A DNA stretch of 63,970 nt, the filler included, from Klebsormidium nitens (Eukaryota; Plantae; Klebsormidiophyceae): the NCBI GenBank assembly GCA_000708835.1. It is 5 parts of 5 records of this genome, joined end to end, with 100 filler letters (N's around TTAATTAATTAA, not from the genome) between each part and the next. Parts side by side here need not be neighbours in the genome. Positions count along the whole stretch, not along the records: positions 60,365 to 63,970 come from DF238562.1; 4 more parts are not named here. One strand, written 5' to 3'. Position 1 is the stretch's first letter; every line of letters begins with the position of its first letter. Of this stretch, positions 60,365 to 63,970 are shown piece by piece. The position numbers and the translations under genes were made by a program. The notes under the pieces were generated by a model. That model saw only the letters and a program-made list of their open reading frames with translations. It did not search any database and was not told the DNA's origin.

Positions 60365-60905
60365 GCGATTTGAAAAGTAGTTTGAAGTGCTAAAGTTCGA
60401 AAGGGCGACAAGGTTGTTAGAAGACCAAAAATAGTTCGAAGTGCTGAAGTTCGAGAGGGCGACAAGATTGTTAGAAGACCAGAAGTAGTTGGAAGTGCTG
60501 AAGTTCGAGAGGGCGACAAGGTTATTTGAAGACCAGAAATAGTTTGAAGTGCTAAAGTTCGAGAGGGCGACAAGGTTGTTGGAACACCAAAAGTTGTTGG
60601 AAAAAATCGTGTTTGAGAAAGACGTGATCGTGGTAGTGGTCGCGAGCGTGCCAATCTGATTTGAGCCCCACGTGGCGGTGTTACTATCATAAGCACGAAG
60701 AGGGTAAAAGGTGTTGCTTGTTACAAGATTACTCTGATTGTTAGATCCCCACGTGCTCGTGTTGCTGTCGTAAGCACGGAGGGGGTAAAAGGTGTTGCTT
60801 GTTACAAGATTACTCTGATTGTTAGATCCCCACGTGCTCGTGTTGCTGTCGTAAGCACGGAGGGGATAAAAGGTGTTCGAAGTTATCAAATTGCTTTGGT
60901 TATTG
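60365..60905 (-). repeat. Coding tandem repeats: 60-nt unit x4+ (FWSSNNLVALSNFSTSNY-type) and 81-nt unit x3 (WGSNNQSNLVTSNTFYPLRAYDSNTST)
   Basis: 60-nt period across 60365-60600; 81-nt period (ttacaagat at 60721 and 60802). Confidence 0.92.
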
Positions 60906-61965
60906 CTGCCCCAAGTCGCCACAGCGGCGGCGGACACAGCAATATTGCATCCACTTGTCGCACAGTTCGACGAGAACGTCCCTAAGCCAACAGCAGTCGA
61001 TGCTGAGTTCGATGCCCATGCTGCTTGATTAGATAAGGTTATGAGATTGAGGACGCAATATTAGAACATGATATGTTCCCGACGACATCTAGGGTGGATT
61101 GAGGGTTCGAATTATTGATGCCAACCATACCATATGCGGATATAAAGAGAGGCGTGTTCATCGTCGTGTTTACACTGCCAGTTTGTCGTGTCAAAAAATA
61201 CAAGTCTGATGAATAATTATTATCGACTGCCATAATTCTTCCTGACGCTGCCGCAGGTTGAAAAGGGTTCTGGTACCCGAAATCGATCTGTGCAGAGTTG
61301 CCTAGACCACCAGGCCAGGTAAACCCAAGGTTATTATACCCCTGTGGTTTTCTGATTTCTAGAGCAAATGAAGGATTGGAAGCCGAGCCTAATCCAATGT
61401 TTCCAATCATCACCGTGTTTGAGCCGGATAAAGACCATGGCGTCTGTCAGAATTGCAGGCTGGAGAAACTCCGCTGCGTTACTAACGGTGAACACAGGTA
61501 ATATGTCTATGTCATCAATCAGGTTAGAGCACGCCGCATTCGAAGTCGAGCAGGCAATCTGAAACGTCCCAGACACGGGGTTTAACCCTGGATTGGTGGA
61601 AGCAAATTGCAGCGAATTGTTGATGTAAAGTTTGATCTGCGACACAGATTGCTTGACCGTGACAAGATTACTCTGAAACCGAACGATTGGTAAGGCATTA
61701 CACTGAGTGAGAAGGGTCGAATTGCTCAAAAGTTTAATGTTTGATGCAGAGTGATTAAGTTGAATGCTAAGGGAGTTATTTGAGTCACCCCACTCAAGGT
61801 GCAGTTCGAATTGTTAGACCCTGTGATGTAAGTAAACCCCCAAACAAACGTGTTAGGAGGTGCTACGTTCTGGATCACAATACCAGTCTGATTTGAACTT
61901 GTGGTTATCACAATGTTGCACGCAGTTGTGCTGTATGTAGCAGAACCAGCGTAAGAAACAGACAT
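60365..61965 (-). pseudogene. Intronless virion-fibre-like Ser/Asn/Thr-rich gene, broken by about three frameshifts; 3' end in gap
   Basis: ORFs 61965-61726, 61729-61334, 61413-61039 and ~61040-60365 abut in shifted frames. Fibre-type beta motifs GNIGLGSASNPSFALEI and GMVGINNSNPQSTLDVVGNI, then tandem peptide repeats. Confidence 0.65.
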
Positions 61966-62019
61966 CCTTTAAATAGAAGCATACAAAAACTAAAAGTTGA
62001 AGAAGGAGTTTGCAAGAAA

Positions 62020-63745
62020 CTATTTCGTGTATCCAGCTGGGCTTAAAGAAGGCATGTTTACTACTCCGCTAGACATGTCGCCGAGCACCATTGAATCTTG
62101 CTCGCTGAAGAGGAGCTTTCCGTTGTACCCGTAGATTCCAGGTGTAAAGCTTCCGCTAACCTGCAAGCCCCCAGTCCCAAGCTGGATCACGTTAGTTCGC
62201 ACCACACCCCCGCAGGTCACGTCTTTTCCTGTCGTCAGGTTCGAGTTGACGACCAGCGAGTTGGTCGAAGTATACATCGAATTGTTCTAAAGCTCGCCAG
62301 TCAGCAGCACATTGCACAGACCTGTCATGCTTTGATTAGAGTCGATCTGCACCGTCTTATTGGTCACATTTGACCCGTTCGAGGTTGAGAAAAGCAGCTT
62401 GAAGTTGGCAGGGTCTTGAATGAAGAGCGTGGTTTGATTGCTCTGCAGATTCTTGAGGATGATATTGGAACTATTTAAGGAAATGCCGGTGGTGGCGTAG
62501 GGCGTCTGGAACGGATTGGAATTGGAACTCTGCTGAACCCAAGTGAGATTCGACTGACTCACGTTTAGGTTGCAAGAGGACAGTTGCAGGTAATTGCAAG
62601 AACTCATGACCAGGTTGCAAGAGCTCGCCAAGGTCAAGGGCACAGCCGCGTTCGAAAGGTTGCTCGTATATATCTGATTCGTTATATTGGAAGCAGAGAT
62701 GAATTGGGCTGAGACATTACTTGTGCTAGTCATGCTAGGAACTATTGTTGCACTCGCGATGTTCAGAGAGACATTCGAAACGGTCGAGATGCCAGAGATC
62801 CCTATGTTAACCGGACCGAACTGGGCATTCGAACCAGACAATTGAACGTTAGACATGGAAACAGATTGAGGGTAAAGGGTCTGAGTCGTCATGTCGATCA
62901 GCAGATTGCAGCTCGTGGTGGTGTTGTACAGATTCCCGTTGTCCGTGCTGAAGTTTCCAGTCGGAATTCTATATATTTTTGACAAGTCTGATAGATACAG
63001 ATGATTCTTAATGCCGACAGAGTTGTTGGAAGCAGCGATGGGTCGTCGAAAGACACGTTCCCACGCCACATTCAAAGCGTTGCTCGAAGTTTCGTTTGAG
63101 TCTGACAGAGCATCTGAGATTGGGTCTTTTATATTGTCAGGCAAAGATGGCGTGTTGCCCAAGAGAGACTGAAGCTGCTGGTACATATCGTACCCTAACT
63201 GAGCCAAAGCATAGGCACCCTGTGCGATTGCGAGCAGATCTAGACCGTTTGATTCTGGAATATTCTTGATAGACGCCCAATCAATCTTGCTATTTGAGTC
63301 GATCACCACGTTGTTTGACCTGTCTAAAAGTTGCAAAAGAATGTAAACGTTTGACCCGAGGATTGTCGTAGCATCTAAGTAATTGGTAAGCACAGACGAG
63401 GCGGCAAGGTTGCTTGTGCAGGTCAGCGTATCTGTCTGAAGGTCGCTTGCATCAATGGAGCCACTTGCCAGATTTTGGAGAACCAGGTTGCTCCCCGAAC
63501 CTGCATGGAACGACAGATTGGAGAAGGAAGCATCGTGCGCAGATAGAACGGTCGTCAGAATGTTGAGCACTCGAGACAAGATTGGGTGTGTAAAGAAGGG
63601 TCGTGGCTGCCAGGTAAGACTCGGTAAAGACGAAGTCACTGTTGCACGATGTTATGTTGCTCGTGCTGACCACACCGTGAAGTACATCAATGGCTACCGT
63701 ATCCTCTAGATCTTCTAAATAGCCACTTGCAACAAAGTAGTCCAT
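62020..63745 (-). pseudogene. Second intronless Ser/Asn-rich virion-fibre/structural-like gene, with one frameshift (~63570) and one in-frame stop (62287-62289)
   Basis: ATG at 63745 follows AT-rich sequence. Frame MDYFVASGY...YTPNLVSS joins VLNILTTVLSAHDASFSN. ORF 62287-63639 and ORF 62020-62277 are in the same frame, separated by TAG plus 9 nt. Recurrent SN/SCN dipeptides. Confidence 0.62.
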
Positions 63746-63970
63746 TCTTTACTATATGTTTGTTAAAAAGTAATGCTACATTGTGACGTTTGGGCTATGG
63801 TTAAGTCTAACCACTCAAACCCACAGATCTAAACGACGCTCACCCATTCAATGGGTACGCGACGCGTGTCAATCTAAGTCCACTGTCTATTAGTGACACG
63901 TGGCATAGTAATAATTAATCGAAGTAATGTTCGATAATAGTCATTATTGGATATGTCGACTAACGTTAGT

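Noticed and set aside
60365-60905. Regular 60- and 81-nt repeats as CRISPR or satellite DNA
   Set aside because: Whole units repeat, periods are multiples of three, and they lie in an open frame: coding repeats.

Overview
Eukaryotic nuclear DNA with GT-AG introns. It is most likely a streptophyte alga of the Klebsormidium type; this is an inference from the plant-type CTPA1, PME-1 and At3g50780-like BTB genes and the compact intron-rich style. Left 27 kb, host genes: an 11-exon protein phosphatase methylesterase (PPME1, +), a tandem pair of intronless BTB/POZ genes (one broken, one intact), and a multi-exon D1 C-terminal processing protease (CTPA1-like, -). Introns of PPME1 and CTPA contain degenerate tandem copies of their own exon ends, splice sites included. 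27-38 kb is repeat and remnant DNA, including one clear MITE. From about 38 kb the window is a virus-like/mobile island. It holds two tandem, highly diverged, spliced genes, each encoding an AEP primase + Zn finger + herpes-UL9/origin-binding-like SF2 helicase fusion. The first has ~17 exons in my model, a 2A/StopGo-like motif (GCVESNPGP), a phage-like domain, four frameshifts, and introns filled with palindromic ~120-bp repeats. The second appears intact. After them come a Ty1/copia fragment with two nested insertions (a CACAA-ended TIR element and a solo LTR), a pogo-like transposase relic, and two intronless, decayed Ser/Asn/Thr-rich virion-fibre-like genes. There are five assembly gaps, four with an artificial TTAATTAATTAA linker. 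All exon models were read by eye and family assignments are from motif recognition; no database search was run.
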